The notes under the pieces: model-generated
Told to the model about the DNA's origin: nothing
Seen by the model: the letters and a program-made list of their open reading frames with translations, nothing else
Databases searched by the model: none
Made by a program: the position numbers and the translations under genes
NCBI GenBank assembly: GCA_016840085.1
Contig: JAEOTA010000081.1
Coordinates: 32,001 to 96,000 of the forward strand
From: Promethearchaeota archaeon
GTDB taxonomy: Archaea; Asgardarchaeota; Lokiarchaeia; Sigyniarchaeales; SOKP01
DNA length: 64,000 nt
Direction: 5' to 3'
Part shown: positions 1 to 10,283 of the stretch, one piece after another
Layout of the letters: every line of letters starts with the position of its first letter
Numbering within the stretch: the stretch's first letter is position 1

Positions 1-58
1 GTACAATTGTCGTTATACCAGTATAGTCATGTAAGAATTGAAATTCTGGAAAGAAGGC

Positions 59-619
59 TCAAATGGACATAAATAAGATTGAAAATAGCACTGAGGGAAA
101 AAAGAGATACATCCCAACTTTTTCTTTAGGTAATAGTTTTACGGGTAATTCTAGTCGTTCTTTCTTGATCTTAATTTTTTCAGGCTTTTCTCTTGTAAAC
201 CTTTTCTTTAATACTGGTGCAATTAATTCTTTTTCTTTTGTAATCGCTTCTACTTGTTCGATTTCTTGCTCAATAGGAGATTCTAGATAAGTTAGGAATT
301 CATTGCGCCATTCTTCTAAGGTAGTAAAGATCTTATCTTGATACTTACTTTCAAAATAATCTTCGGTCTCTCCAAGATCTTTTAACATATCATAATCAGA
401 CTCAATCTGACTTTTTAGATTATCTTTAAATTTATCTATTTCATCAGTCTTTTTATATATACTCTCTTTATAGAGCAAATCTCTTTGTTTTTGATAAGAT
501 AATAAATATTTATAGAGTCCAAAAACAATAGAGGTAGTAGTTACTATTGAATCATCAATACCTAAAAAATCTGAAAGCTCTTTTATCCGTTGATTGACCT
601 TTTTATGAATTTCTGTCAT
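59..619 (-). CDS. Hypothetical protein (charged N-terminus then a TM segment); frame stays open past the TGA at 59-61 to the window edge
   Basis: ORF track 186 aa; hydrophobic C-terminus continues in frame after TGA as AFFPEFQFLHDYTGITTIV. Confidence 0.55.
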   Translation of the reverse strand: MTEIHKKVNQRIKELSDFLGIDDSIVTTTSIVFGLYKYLLSYQKQRDLLYKESIYKKTDEIDKFKDNLKSQIESDYDMLKDLGETEDYFESKYQDKIFTTLEEWRNEFLTYLESPIEQEIEQVEAITKEKELIAPVLKKRFTREKPEKIKIKKERLELPVKLLPKEKVGMYLFFPSVLFSILFMSI

Positions 620-946
620 TCTGACTCATCATTTTAATATTTAATTTGTATTTTTATCTTTACTAATAATATTCCTACAATAATTAAAGGAAAACTCCCC
701 TATTTAAAATTTATAATATGAAAAAACCCAGGTGAATTTTCATGGTGAAAATTGAATCAGAACGGTTGGCGTTGTTACATCTATAACTCAGGTAAAACTT
801 AATATATTAGCACAATACGTCTTATAGCAATGTCTTTACCAAAGATGTATTCTATATCAAGTGAATACTGGAGTCTCATTTCTACTTTCCATTGCTCATT
901 TGAGAGAGCATATTAATCCAAATTTATAAAAAAGAAAAAAAGTGAT

Positions 947-1112
947 TAGATACAAAATTCAGTGATGGCGAAATGATCTGATCAGAATTTGTTTCATAAT
1001 CATTAAAAATAAGGATTTCCCAAACCAAATAAATTAGAACACCTTAATTTCCGATGGAAAATGATTTAGGAATGGCGAAAGATTTAAAACCCATCACTGG
1101 GTTTTGTAACTA
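947..1112. repeat. 22-bp imperfect inverted repeat pair enclosing ~120 bp (MITE-like element or structured RNA)
   Basis: TAGATACAAAATTCAGTGATGG (947-968) vs reverse complement of 1091-1112, TAGTTACAAAACCCAGTGATGG; 3 mismatches. Confidence 0.6.
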
Positions 1113-1142
1113 CCCAAAATAGAGTGTATATAAAATTTAAAA

Positions 1143-1523
1143 ATGATTGAAAAACGATTAAATAATAATTTCTTGAATGAATTTAGAGATTATGCTTTTT
1201 CTAAAATTAAAGAAGATAAATTATACCTTGTTGGATCCACACGATTTAAAGATTATTTCATAAAAATTGAATCAGTATTACAGATTAAATATAAGAAATT
1301 AGTTTCAATTTGTTCTATTGATGGATTATTAAATAAGGAAAAATTTTCAACCGAAGAATGGGAAATATTACAGGAAATTGCTTTAAGAAAGTTAGAGAAT
1401 CAGGAAGCTATCCTAATATTAGATGTAAATGATTATATTGGGCAGCATTCAAGAGAAGAAATTGAATATTTTAAAAATCGTCTAAACCTTCCTGTCTATT
1501 ACTTATCAAATTTAAAAGTTTGA
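1143..1523 (+). CDS. Small hypothetical protein, nucleoside 2-deoxyribosyltransferase-like fold
   Basis: Motif AILILDVNDYIGQHSREEIEYF resembles the NDT-like family C-terminal motif. Confidence 0.5.
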   Translation: MIEKRLNNNFLNEFRDYAFSKIKEDKLYLVGSTRFKDYFIKIESVLQIKYKKLVSICSIDGLLNKEKFSTEEWEILQEIALRKLENQEAILILDVNDYIGQHSREEIEYFKNRLNLPVYYLSNLKV

Positions 1524-1722
1524 ATAACTTAAGATTAAATTCAATCTCCCAAAGATTTCCGTCGGCTATATAAACAAAAAATTCATAAAAAAGCGTCTAA
1601 AATTTTCAAATAAATTATTAAATCAATTAAGTCGTCAAATTAAAAATAAAAAGTTGACTTTAAATCGTAGAAAAATCAAATAATGAGAAGGAAAGTTAAA
1701 ATATTAAGGGTTTAAAATTATA

Positions 1723-2688
1723 ATGGAATTGTTCCAAATATTTTGGGACGATCAGAAAAACTTATTCTTAGAGTTTAAAAAAGATGAGGAAGAAAAACAA
1801 CTTCTACTTCCTAAGAAAATAAGAACAATAAATTTACAATTTGAAATTTCTAAAAATATACGGCAAAAATCGCCACCTTATTTAATTTCAATACATAGAT
1901 TATATTACACTGCAGAGACATTTTCATTTACTATTGAATTGGATGAGTTAGCTAATGTTGATGAACTTCACATTAAAATTTTGCGTATAGTAATTATATT
2001 AATTTCTGGTCAGCGAATCCAGTATACTTTTACACAGAGCTTTAGCATGTCTGATATTACCCTCAATGAAGATTGCTATATTGGGTATAATTATGAAGAT
2101 TTGAAATTGAAACCTAATATTAAAAACAAGATAACTCAAGAAAAAATTTTTCATGAGATTAAAACAAATATAGATGGCAACGAAGAACGAAGAACTGAAA
2201 TCTATGAAAAAAGTAAAGTGGAGGAGGTTATTAAGGATAATGGTTTAATATCAATGATCTACGAAAGTAATAAAACATTGAAAAGCATTGCGCAAGAATT
2301 AAAAAACATATCTTTGACTTTACAGAATTTACCTAATAATGTTGTTTCATATAGCTCTTCGGTTCCGGTTATTAATAGTCAAAAAGGGGGAATTGAAAGG
2401 ATAAAAATACCTATGAAACCAGCTTTAATTCAAGGACAAATGTCTTCAGCGAAATTAATGGTGATTAGAGAAATGAAGTCTATATTTGAACAAAGTATTG
2501 ATGAGAATTCTAACTTTAATGTTAAAGCTATATTAAAACCTTTAGCTGAAGATGAACTAAAAGATATAACGCTCAATGATGATGAGTTAAAGAAAAGAGA
2601 AGAAGTAGCAATAAATAATCAGATTATAAGGCTTAAAAAACATCATGAACAAGAAATTCAATTGGAAGATTTGAAAAAACCTGAATAA
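1723..2688 (+). CDS. Hypothetical protein
   Basis: 321-aa ORF, no family recognised. Confidence 0.7.
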   Translation: MELFQIFWDDQKNLFLEFKKDEEEKQLLLPKKIRTINLQFEISKNIRQKSPPYLISIHRLYYTAETFSFTIELDELANVDELHIKILRIVIILISGQRIQYTFTQSFSMSDITLNEDCYIGYNYEDLKLKPNIKNKITQEKIFHEIKTNIDGNEERRTEIYEKSKVEEVIKDNGLISMIYESNKTLKSIAQELKNISLTLQNLPNNVVSYSSSVPVINSQKGGIERIKIPMKPALIQGQMSSAKLMVIREMKSIFEQSIDENSNFNVKAILKPLAEDELKDITLNDDELKKREEVAINNQIIRLKKHHEQEIQLEDLKKPE

Positions 2689-2830
2689 AATATAATCCTC
2701 CTTACATTTAAAAAGCCTCATCTACTACAAAATGAATAACTATTATAACTTTGAGTTTATTAACAAATTTTAATTATTTTTAAATATTTAGATAAAAAAG
2801 AGGAAAATAATTCCATAGAGGTTAAGAAAA

Positions 2831-3607
2831 ATTTTACTGAACTATTTTATCGGAACTGCCGGAAGTGGAAAAAGTACATTAACTGGAGAATTAAAAGAAT
2901 ATATGATAAATAGAGATCCAGAAATTTCTGCGATTACTTTAAATTTAGACCCTGGAGTTAGGATAATATCGTATGCTCCGGATATTGATATCAGAGATTA
3001 TCTTATTCTTGAAGAAGTTATGGAAGAATACGGTTTGGGTCCTAATGGTGCAATGATTTTAGCGTCTGATCTAATGGTCAATTATTTAGATGAATTAAAA
3101 GACGAAATCGATGAATTCAATCCTGATTGGGTATTTGTGGACACTGCTGGACAACTTGAGCTTTTTGCATTTCGTGAGACAGGGCCATTAATTGCAAGTG
3201 CTTTAGGATTTGGCGACGTTCAGAGGGCTGTATCGTTTCTTTTTGATTCTAATTTTGTTTTACGACCAAATGGATTTATATCTACTTTACTTCTAGCTGC
3301 TTCTGTACAATTTAGGTTTAGAAACATATCACAAATAAATGTCTTATCTAAGGTTGATCTCATTGATGAAGATCAAATCAAAATGATCGTTAATTGGAGT
3401 CAAGATTTCCAAGCTTTAGAAGATTCTACTAGTGAAAGAGAAAAAGGATTAATACGAGAATTATCTATGTTGATATCTGAAGTATTTGTCCAAATGGGTT
3501 CGACAAGTGAATTAATTCCTTGTTCAATCAAGGAAGAACAAGGTTTAGATCTCCTATTTGGGCATCTACAGAGAGTTTTCGATTCCGACAAATCAAGTTT
3601 TTATTAA
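2831..3607 (+). CDS. GPN-loop GTPase, probable ATT start
   Basis: GLGPNG motif and DTAGQLE; P-loop GTAGSGKST lies upstream of the ORF-track ATG (2903); in-frame TAG at 2816; SD-like GAGGT at 2818-2822, then ATT at 2831. Confidence 0.9.
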   Translation: MLLNYFIGTAGSGKSTLTGELKEYMINRDPEISAITLNLDPGVRIISYAPDIDIRDYLILEEVMEEYGLGPNGAMILASDLMVNYLDELKDEIDEFNPDWVFVDTAGQLELFAFRETGPLIASALGFGDVQRAVSFLFDSNFVLRPNGFISTLLLAASVQFRFRNISQINVLSKVDLIDEDQIKMIVNWSQDFQALEDSTSEREKGLIRELSMLISEVFVQMGSTSELIPCSIKEEQGLDLLFGHLQRVFDSDKSSFY

Positions 3608-3657
3608 TTATCTTTAATTTTAGAAAATAATTCAATGAAAAATTTTTTAAAAAGACA

Positions 3658-4755
3658 ATGAAGATAATAGGGCCAATCGCGGGAATAGGGAGTAGATTAC
3701 GTCCCTTTACCTTTAATAAGCCAAAAGCATTTATACGAGTTGCAGGTAAGACAATATTAGAACATATATTAGATAAATTAACCTATACATTTGATTTAGA
3801 TACTGAGTTAATCCTAATAGTTGGATATAAGAAAAGACAAATTATGGAATATATTAAAAAGAATTATAGCAATAAATTTAAACTTACCTTTATTGAACAA
3901 ATCCCACGTGGGTATAAGGAAGATATTCCGTATTATTGGGGCCTTGGAGAAGCTGTATATTTAGCACACAGAAGATTTGGAAAAAAGGAATTTAAATCTA
4001 ATGAAGAGAATAAAAGAGCGGGATCTCTGATTTTTCTAAGTGATATGATATCGATTGACGAATATTCATATTTAATGTATAGATATTATGAATCTGGCGT
4101 AGATGGGATAATAACTGTTATGGAAGTCTCAAAAGAAAATGCCAGCTCTTACGGTATTGTTGTTGTTGATAAAGATAATATTATAACAAAATTAGTAGAA
4201 AAACCAAAAGAGTATATCTCAAATCTTGCTATCGTAGGAATTTATGCCTTCTCTAATACTACGACTCTCGCTCTTTTTAGAAATTTAAAAAAATATTTAG
4301 ATCAGAGAGATGAAGATTCTGGTGAAGTTTATATGACTGAGAGCTTACAAGATTTAGTAAATGATGGATTTAAAATATCGGCTGTTACCCATAAGCAAGG
4401 AGTCCTTGATTTTGGAAGACCCTCTGAATTATTAAATGGAAATAGATACCTTTTGGAAACTTATTCTGTTAAAAGAGAAGATTTTCAAGAATTAAACATA
4501 TCTGTTGAACGATCTCATCTAAAAAATCCTATTAATATTGGAAAAAACACAAAAATCATTAATTCCGTCATAGGACCATATGTTTCAATAGGGAATGATT
4601 CATATATATCGAATTCTATATTAAATGATTGTGTTATTGAAAAGAGAGTTATTTTAGAAAATATAATTAGTGAAAATTCAATTATAGGAAGCGATGTAAG
4701 AATTGAGAATATAAGCAAAGATAATTTAATTATTGGAGATAAGAGCTCCTACTAA
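3658..4755 (+). CDS. Sugar-phosphate nucleotidyltransferase (RmlA/GlmU-like) with C-terminal left-handed beta-helix
   Basis: AGIGSRLRPFT..PK motif, YGIVVVD, VEKP, hexapeptide repeats. Confidence 0.9.
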   Translation: MKIIGPIAGIGSRLRPFTFNKPKAFIRVAGKTILEHILDKLTYTFDLDTELILIVGYKKRQIMEYIKKNYSNKFKLTFIEQIPRGYKEDIPYYWGLGEAVYLAHRRFGKKEFKSNEENKRAGSLIFLSDMISIDEYSYLMYRYYESGVDGIITVMEVSKENASSYGIVVVDKDNIITKLVEKPKEYISNLAIVGIYAFSNTTTLALFRNLKKYLDQRDEDSGEVYMTESLQDLVNDGFKISAVTHKQGVLDFGRPSELLNGNRYLLETYSVKREDFQELNISVERSHLKNPINIGKNTKIINSVIGPYVSIGNDSYISNSILNDCVIEKRVILENIISENSIIGSDVRIENISKDNLIIGDKSSY

Positions 4756-4951
4756 AAAAGCTCTATCCTACGAAAAGTGCATCTATTAACCGGCTTTCTC
4801 ATAATATTATATTAAAATTCTAAATTTACGAATTGTAATTTCTAAATATTATTATTAAATATTAAAATATAGAAAGATTAAAATACTAATTAATAATAAC
4901 AAGATTTTGATTATATAAAAAATATAATTATTACATGGAATATGATTAGTC

Positions 4952-6334
4952 ATGTCATATCATATCGCGTTCGATATTGCTCATAAACCAAGAGGTCAAA
5001 TTGATGAAAACCTTACTGAGATACGAGATCATCTCAATTCGAATGGTTTTGTATGTTATAACTTTTTAGAAGTTCCAATTACAGAAGAATCATTAATACC
5101 GTATGATATCTTAGTTTTTGTTTGTCCCGATTTTGCTAAAATAGCGCCTCTGGAAATTACTGAAATTATTAATTGGGTTACGAATTCTGGAGGAGGTTTG
5201 TTATTATTATCTCATGCTGGTGGAGATAGAGGGCGAGGAAGTAATCTGTCTGAAATCTCTGAGCAATTTGGGATAGCTTTTGAAAGTGATCAAGTTCTAG
5301 ACGAAAGAACTAATTTAGGAATAGAAAATATTCCGTTAATCTCTACTTTTAATATACCACATCCAATAACTGCTGATATAGATACTATATGCTATAGATC
5401 AGGGTGTTCACTTACTATTATTGGTAGTGGTGCATTAGCAATTGCATCATCTAATGAAAGTTCAGAGCCATTTTCTTGTCCCTTGATATGTGTGTCAGAC
5501 CTAGGAAATGGTAGAGTATGTTGTATTGGAAGTTATGAAATGTTTAGAGATAATATCGGCGGAGGTTTTCAATGCAGTGATCATCCAAATTTAGCTATAA
5601 ATATGTTTAAATGGCTCGTTTCTGACTATCGCATGGAATTAAGGGCAACTATTGATGTTCCAACCCCTATTCCTCAAAGATCTGATATTTCAACTTCAGT
5701 TATAGAACAACCAGACTATTCACGCATTTCTACTCCTAGTGAAAAAAGAAAAATAGATATTGATTTTTCAATGAAAATTTCTAAAAAAAGTGAGTTAATG
5801 GAATTATTAAAGATATTTCAAACTCAACTTACTACAATTAAAACTACAATCGATAAATTAATAGAAACAGCTTCTATCTCTCAAGACGACGTAATGGAGT
5901 TAAAAAATATAGAAATCTCCCAAGTGCCTGAAAAAAAAGGAGTAGATGAAGAAGTTTCACTAGAACCATCTCAAACTCCAGAAAAAGTTGATACAAAAAG
6001 TATTCTACAAGAACTTGCAAATATAGATCCTACATTAACAGATTTACCTCCAAAACCAGAAAGTATGAAAAAGGAAGAAACTGATGAATTAGGATTGAAA
6101 CCTGTTCCTAAACTTAAAACAAAAGATAAAAGTAAAAAAGAATTAAAAAGTGAAAAGAAAGGTTTGGAAACAAAATTAACTTCTGTTAAAGACCTATTAA
6201 ATTTTATTGATAAAAAGCACTCTTCGGGGGCATTAGATGATGAGGAATATGCTAAACGCTCCAAAAAATTACAAAAAGATTTAAAGAAAACTAAGAAAAG
6301 AATTGATATTCTCGATAAATTATTAGTAAAGTAA
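4952..6334 (+). CDS. GIFT/DUF4350-like (GldG/IFT52-type) domain protein with low-complexity linker and C-terminal coiled coil
   Basis: IAFDIAH start, YDILVF..P, GGGLLLL, FGI.F..D.V, HPIT, GNGRV..IGS..MF, N..LA.N.FKWL. Confidence 0.65.
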   Translation: MSYHIAFDIAHKPRGQIDENLTEIRDHLNSNGFVCYNFLEVPITEESLIPYDILVFVCPDFAKIAPLEITEIINWVTNSGGGLLLLSHAGGDRGRGSNLSEISEQFGIAFESDQVLDERTNLGIENIPLISTFNIPHPITADIDTICYRSGCSLTIIGSGALAIASSNESSEPFSCPLICVSDLGNGRVCCIGSYEMFRDNIGGGFQCSDHPNLAINMFKWLVSDYRMELRATIDVPTPIPQRSDISTSVIEQPDYSRISTPSEKRKIDIDFSMKISKKSELMELLKIFQTQLTTIKTTIDKLIETASISQDDVMELKNIEISQVPEKKGVDEEVSLEPSQTPEKVDTKSILQELANIDPTLTDLPPKPESMKKEETDELGLKPVPKLKTKDKSKKELKSEKKGLETKLTSVKDLLNFIDKKHSSGALDDEEYAKRSKKLQKDLKKTKKRIDILDKLLVK

Positions 6335-6362
6335 TTATTAAAAAAGTTATTAAAATAATTTC

Positions 6363-7679
6363 TTAATTTTTAGGTTTAAATTCATCTGGAACGTACGGTT
6401 GAGCATAGTGATTCACAATTTCAAAGAATTCCCTATCACTCACACCTTTAGTAATTTTTTTTAATTCTTCTTTAATAATATTAAAAGATGCTCTTAATTC
6501 TTCCTTAGATGTAGATTCATGCTTTCTTTTTACATCAGTAACAATCTTTTTAATAATCTCATCGGGAATATCTAAATCAAGAACCTTAATTTTTTGCTTT
6601 AAAGCATGTAGAATTGATTTAGAACCTGAAAACTTGCCCAAATAAAATTTTCTCCTCCTTCCAACCATACGAGGATTAATAGGTTCATATGTTAAGGGAT
6701 GTGCTAGTATTGCTGCTATATGAAGTCCACTTTCATGCGAAAATGCATAATCTCCAACTATTGGTTTATATTGTGATAAAGGTTTGCAAAAATACTTTTC
6801 ACATATCTCACTTAATTCGGGTAATTTTGTTAAATCTATTCCTGTTTTGATTCCTACTCTCTCTAATATTGTGGCAACTTCTTCCAAAGCAGCATTTCCA
6901 GCGCGTTCTCCATATCCATTAATGCATGTATGAGGATATTGGCACCCTTCAAATACTCCTGTAATAGTATTCGCCACAGCTAATCCAAAATCATTATGGG
7001 TATGGATCCCCATTGGGACTTTCTGTTTTAATGGATTTATTATTTCCTCTTTTATCCGTTTTATTAAATAAGAAGTTGATTGTGGTGTTAAGATCCCAAC
7101 TGTATCCCCTAATACTATCCGTTCTGCTCCAGCTTTAATTGCAGTATTAAAAACATCTTTAAGATGTATAAAATCACATCGTGTTCCATCTTCAGAAACC
7201 CAATTGATTTTAAGACCATTATCTTTTGCATAATGAATAGCTGATTTAATCTGTTTTAATTGTTCATCTGCTGTCTGTTTTAAGGTTTTTCTAAAAATAG
7301 GAGATATTGGCATAAATATAACGATTTCTTTAAGATCTGCATCAATACATGCATTAATATCATCTTTCCGTGGTCTAGCTATTCCCAATATTGTTGATCT
7401 TTTGAGATTCTCCTTTACAATGGACTTTACAATTTTCTTTTCTGAATCTGAAACAGCTGGAAAACCTACTGCTATTAATTTTACACCTATTTCATCCATT
7501 AATTTAGTTAAATGAATTTTTTCATCAAGAGTTAAATAAACCGTTGGGCTCTGTTCACCATCTCTAAGAGTTTCATCCCAAATCTCAACTTTATCGGGTA
7601 AATCGTATTTTTCTAATACGATTTCATTGTAATCGATTAACAATTCTCTAAGTTCTTCCTTTGTAAATTTATATGACAT
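6363..7679 (-). CDS. Homocitrate/isopropylmalate/citramalate synthase family (DRE-TIM), no LeuA regulatory domain
   Basis: DETLRDGEQ, HTHNDFGLAVAN, GYGERAGNAALEE, AFSHESGLH; start moved to ATG at 7679 (MSYKF). Confidence 0.9.
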   Translation of the reverse strand: MSYKFTKEELRELLIDYNEIVLEKYDLPDKVEIWDETLRDGEQSPTVYLTLDEKIHLTKLMDEIGVKLIAVGFPAVSDSEKKIVKSIVKENLKRSTILGIARPRKDDINACIDADLKEIVIFMPISPIFRKTLKQTADEQLKQIKSAIHYAKDNGLKINWVSEDGTRCDFIHLKDVFNTAIKAGAERIVLGDTVGILTPQSTSYLIKRIKEEIINPLKQKVPMGIHTHNDFGLAVANTITGVFEGCQYPHTCINGYGERAGNAALEEVATILERVGIKTGIDLTKLPELSEICEKYFCKPLSQYKPIVGDYAFSHESGLHIAAILAHPLTYEPINPRMVGRRRKFYLGKFSGSKSILHALKQKIKVLDLDIPDEIIKKIVTDVKRKHESTSKEELRASFNIIKEELKKITKGVSDREFFEIVNHYAQPYVPDEFKPKN

Positions 7680-7965
7680 ACTTTGCGCCTTAATATTATT
7701 GATGATAATAAAAATTATGGAAGGCAAATAAACTTCATTTTTAAAAATAAAAAAGCTCTACTTGATAAAGCAATAATAATTTTGAAAATTGAAAAAAATT
7801 TTGAAAAGAAAAAATTTATGCTGTTTATCAGTGTAAAATCAAATTTTCTGAGAAAAAAGATTTAAATCTTCAATTTCTGGAAGATCGATATTAAAGTATA
7901 TGCTTAACTGAATTAATATTGAACTGGTTGTAGCGAGGCACAAATATCGAATAATTGAAAAAGAT

Positions 7966-8394
7966 TTACTTTATCACATCTGTTATGAAGCAAGTTTCCA
8001 CTATCTTTACTCCTTTTATCTGAGAAATCTTTTCCTCAATCAGCGGATTGAATAACTCTATACTTCCGATTTCAACTTTCATAAAAAGACCACAATCCCC
8101 AGAAAGTCTCCAGATATTTGTAATTTCTTCTATTTCTAATAGCTCTTTTAATATTCTTTTTATTTCTTTGAAATCTGGTTCAACCTTTACAGTAGCTCTA
8201 GTACGTGGCTTATTATCTATATTATATTCAATAGTAAATTTCTTTATAACGCCCTCATCATTTAACTTTTTTACCCTTCTTCTAACTGTAGCTTCTGTTT
8301 TACCTACTTGTACTGAAATATCATTAAACGACATTCTACTATTATCTTTTAATAATTCGAGGATTTTGATATCAACTATGTCCATAATGATCAA
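7966..8394 (-). CDS. Lrp/AsnC family transcriptional regulator
   Basis: DIKILELLKDNSRMSFNDI...EATVRRRVKKL..EGVIKKF wHTH plus RAM domain. Confidence 0.93.
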   Translation of the reverse strand: MIIMDIVDIKILELLKDNSRMSFNDISVQVGKTEATVRRRVKKLNDEGVIKKFTIEYNIDNKPRTRATVKVEPDFKEIKRILKELLEIEEITNIWRLSGDCGLFMKVEIGSIELFNPLIEEKISQIKGVKIVETCFITDVIK

Positions 8395-8853
8395 ATTAAC
8401 TTTTATATTCTTTTTTTATAAGTAATTTATCTTAATTAATAAATATAATGATTTAATTATTAAAAAAAAAATAACAAATCTTTAATTTGATTCCCTAAAT
8501 CACAAATTTTATTCTCATTTGAAAAAATTCATGTTTGAAATATCCTAAATTAGTTTATTAAACTATTAATATAATCTCATAGTTTACTTTTTTTGATAAT
8601 TTTATTTGATTTGAATTTGGAATGCGAACTAAAAGTATCCATTTCTTACAATTTATATTACAAATTCTCATTATTTTGAAAATAGATGAAAATATTCATT
8701 TATCATTATAAAATGAGTTTATTCTGTAAATCCTTTTTTCAATAAATTTACTGCTTTTTCTTAAAAAAGAGCATAAAAAATAATATTGATATGTAATAAT
8801 AATATTAATAATACATAATTTCTGCAGATGGAAGATATTGAAAGTGGTAAAAT

Positions 8854-9648
8854 ATGTCAAAAGAAATTCCAGAAAACGTAAAGGAATCTTTAAAGGCTAT
8901 TGGGTTAACCGATTATGAGATAGCCATCTATTTAACTTTAATTTCTAAAGGTCCAATGGATGCTAGAGAACTTTCGGATGCGTCCGGTGTTCCCTACTCA
9001 CGGATATATAATATTCTTACACAGCTTGAAAAGGAGAAAATGTGGATAATAAAGGAGGAAGAATCCAGACCTAGTCGCTATTTTGCCAAATCACCTGATG
9101 AGGCTTTGGTTATTGCAAAAAAGCAATATAGTGATAGCTTTAACGATGACTCTAAAAAAATTATTCATACATTAACCCCAATTTATCAATCACATGACAC
9201 ACCAATAAAGATTGCCTTGTATGTTCACAGAGGTAGAGACGTTTGTATTAATCGAGCCCTCTCCTTAATTAATATGGCAAAAACATCACTTTATTTTACT
9301 TCTACGAAATATGAATTTTTAGAACTATTTTATGATGACATAAAGAAAGCCAGAGCTCGAGGTGTTACTGATTTAAAACTGTTAGTTGAGGCTGAATCTT
9401 TGGAAGATAAAAATATTAAAGCTTTACTTAAGAAATACAGCACTCTATGTGAAATAAAGTGGAGAGATCAAATTTTTGGAAGTTCAATAATAATAGATGA
9501 AGGAGAGGATGCATTCATAATTCTTTCAGAAAGATTTTTTCCTGAAAGAATGTCTTATTTTGGTATAGCTACTGATCATGTGGCGTTTGGACCATCAGCC
9601 TTGTATTATTTTAATTATCTTTATACCACAGCAAAAGAAGTAGATTGA
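8854..9648 (+). CDS. TrmB family transcriptional regulator
   Basis: LKAIGLTDYEIAIYLTL...ARELSDASGVPYSRIYNIL..L, RP.RY.A..P. Confidence 0.92.
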   Translation: MSKEIPENVKESLKAIGLTDYEIAIYLTLISKGPMDARELSDASGVPYSRIYNILTQLEKEKMWIIKEEESRPSRYFAKSPDEALVIAKKQYSDSFNDDSKKIIHTLTPIYQSHDTPIKIALYVHRGRDVCINRALSLINMAKTSLYFTSTKYEFLELFYDDIKKARARGVTDLKLLVEAESLEDKNIKALLKKYSTLCEIKWRDQIFGSSIIIDEGEDAFIILSERFFPERMSYFGIATDHVAFGPSALYYFNYLYTTAKEVD

Positions 9649-10020
9649 CATTTCAGCAAAACGGAGTCAATTAATAAATAATTCAACAACTTTGGAATAG
9701 ATTTGTAAAAAGGACACTATAAACTGCTTAAAATCGGTAATAGGAATTTTCCCCTATCTGAATAGTCTATCATTTTACTTCTTTCCCTCTTATTTGGTGT
9801 ATTTGGTAATTTTTTTAATACGCTTTACTTGGCAATTCGCACATACTAACCCTTCTGGATTCAGAGTGAGTCCGTTTTAAATTAATGTTCTGGTAGCACA
9901 ACAAAATTATCTCTATAAATCAGCTAAAGAAGCAAAATTAAATTAACCCATTTTGGAAAAATGAAGTTATTTGCTTCATTTTTAAAAAAAAGAATTAGAC
10001 TAAAATGAAATTAAAAATTT

Positions 10021-10275
10021 TTACCATTTAATACTTATTGCATTTTCTGGACATACATCAACACATTTAAGACAACGAGTACAAACGGATGGCCAAATTG
10101 CTGTTATTTTCCAATGCTTAGGATCATATATGTCTTCTTCCTGATTTTTTAAATCTTCATGCCTTAAAAATACACAAGGATCACAGACATTAAGACATCT
10201 AGCACATTCTCTTGGATCTACATTACCCTCAGGTCCACATTTTGAATAATCAATTTTTATTTTTGTTTTTCCCAT
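10021..10275 (-). CDS. 2x[4Fe-4S] ferredoxin
   Basis: C..CARC..VC and CTRCLKCVDVCP motifs. Confidence 0.9.
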   Translation of the reverse strand: MGKTKIKIDYSKCGPEGNVDPRECARCLNVCDPCVFLRHEDLKNQEEDIYDPKHWKITAIWPSVCTRCLKCVDVCPENAISIKW

Positions 10276-10283
10276 AAGACCAC

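Noticed and set aside
730-905. SD + ATG GTG AAA ATT... short ORF (742-786)
   Set aside because: 14 codons followed by multiple stops; at most a decayed remnant.
9660-9940. Minus-strand fragment NGLTLNPEGLVCANCQVKRIKK (possible Zn-ribbon remnant)
   Set aside because: Bounded by stops with no start; too short to support a call.
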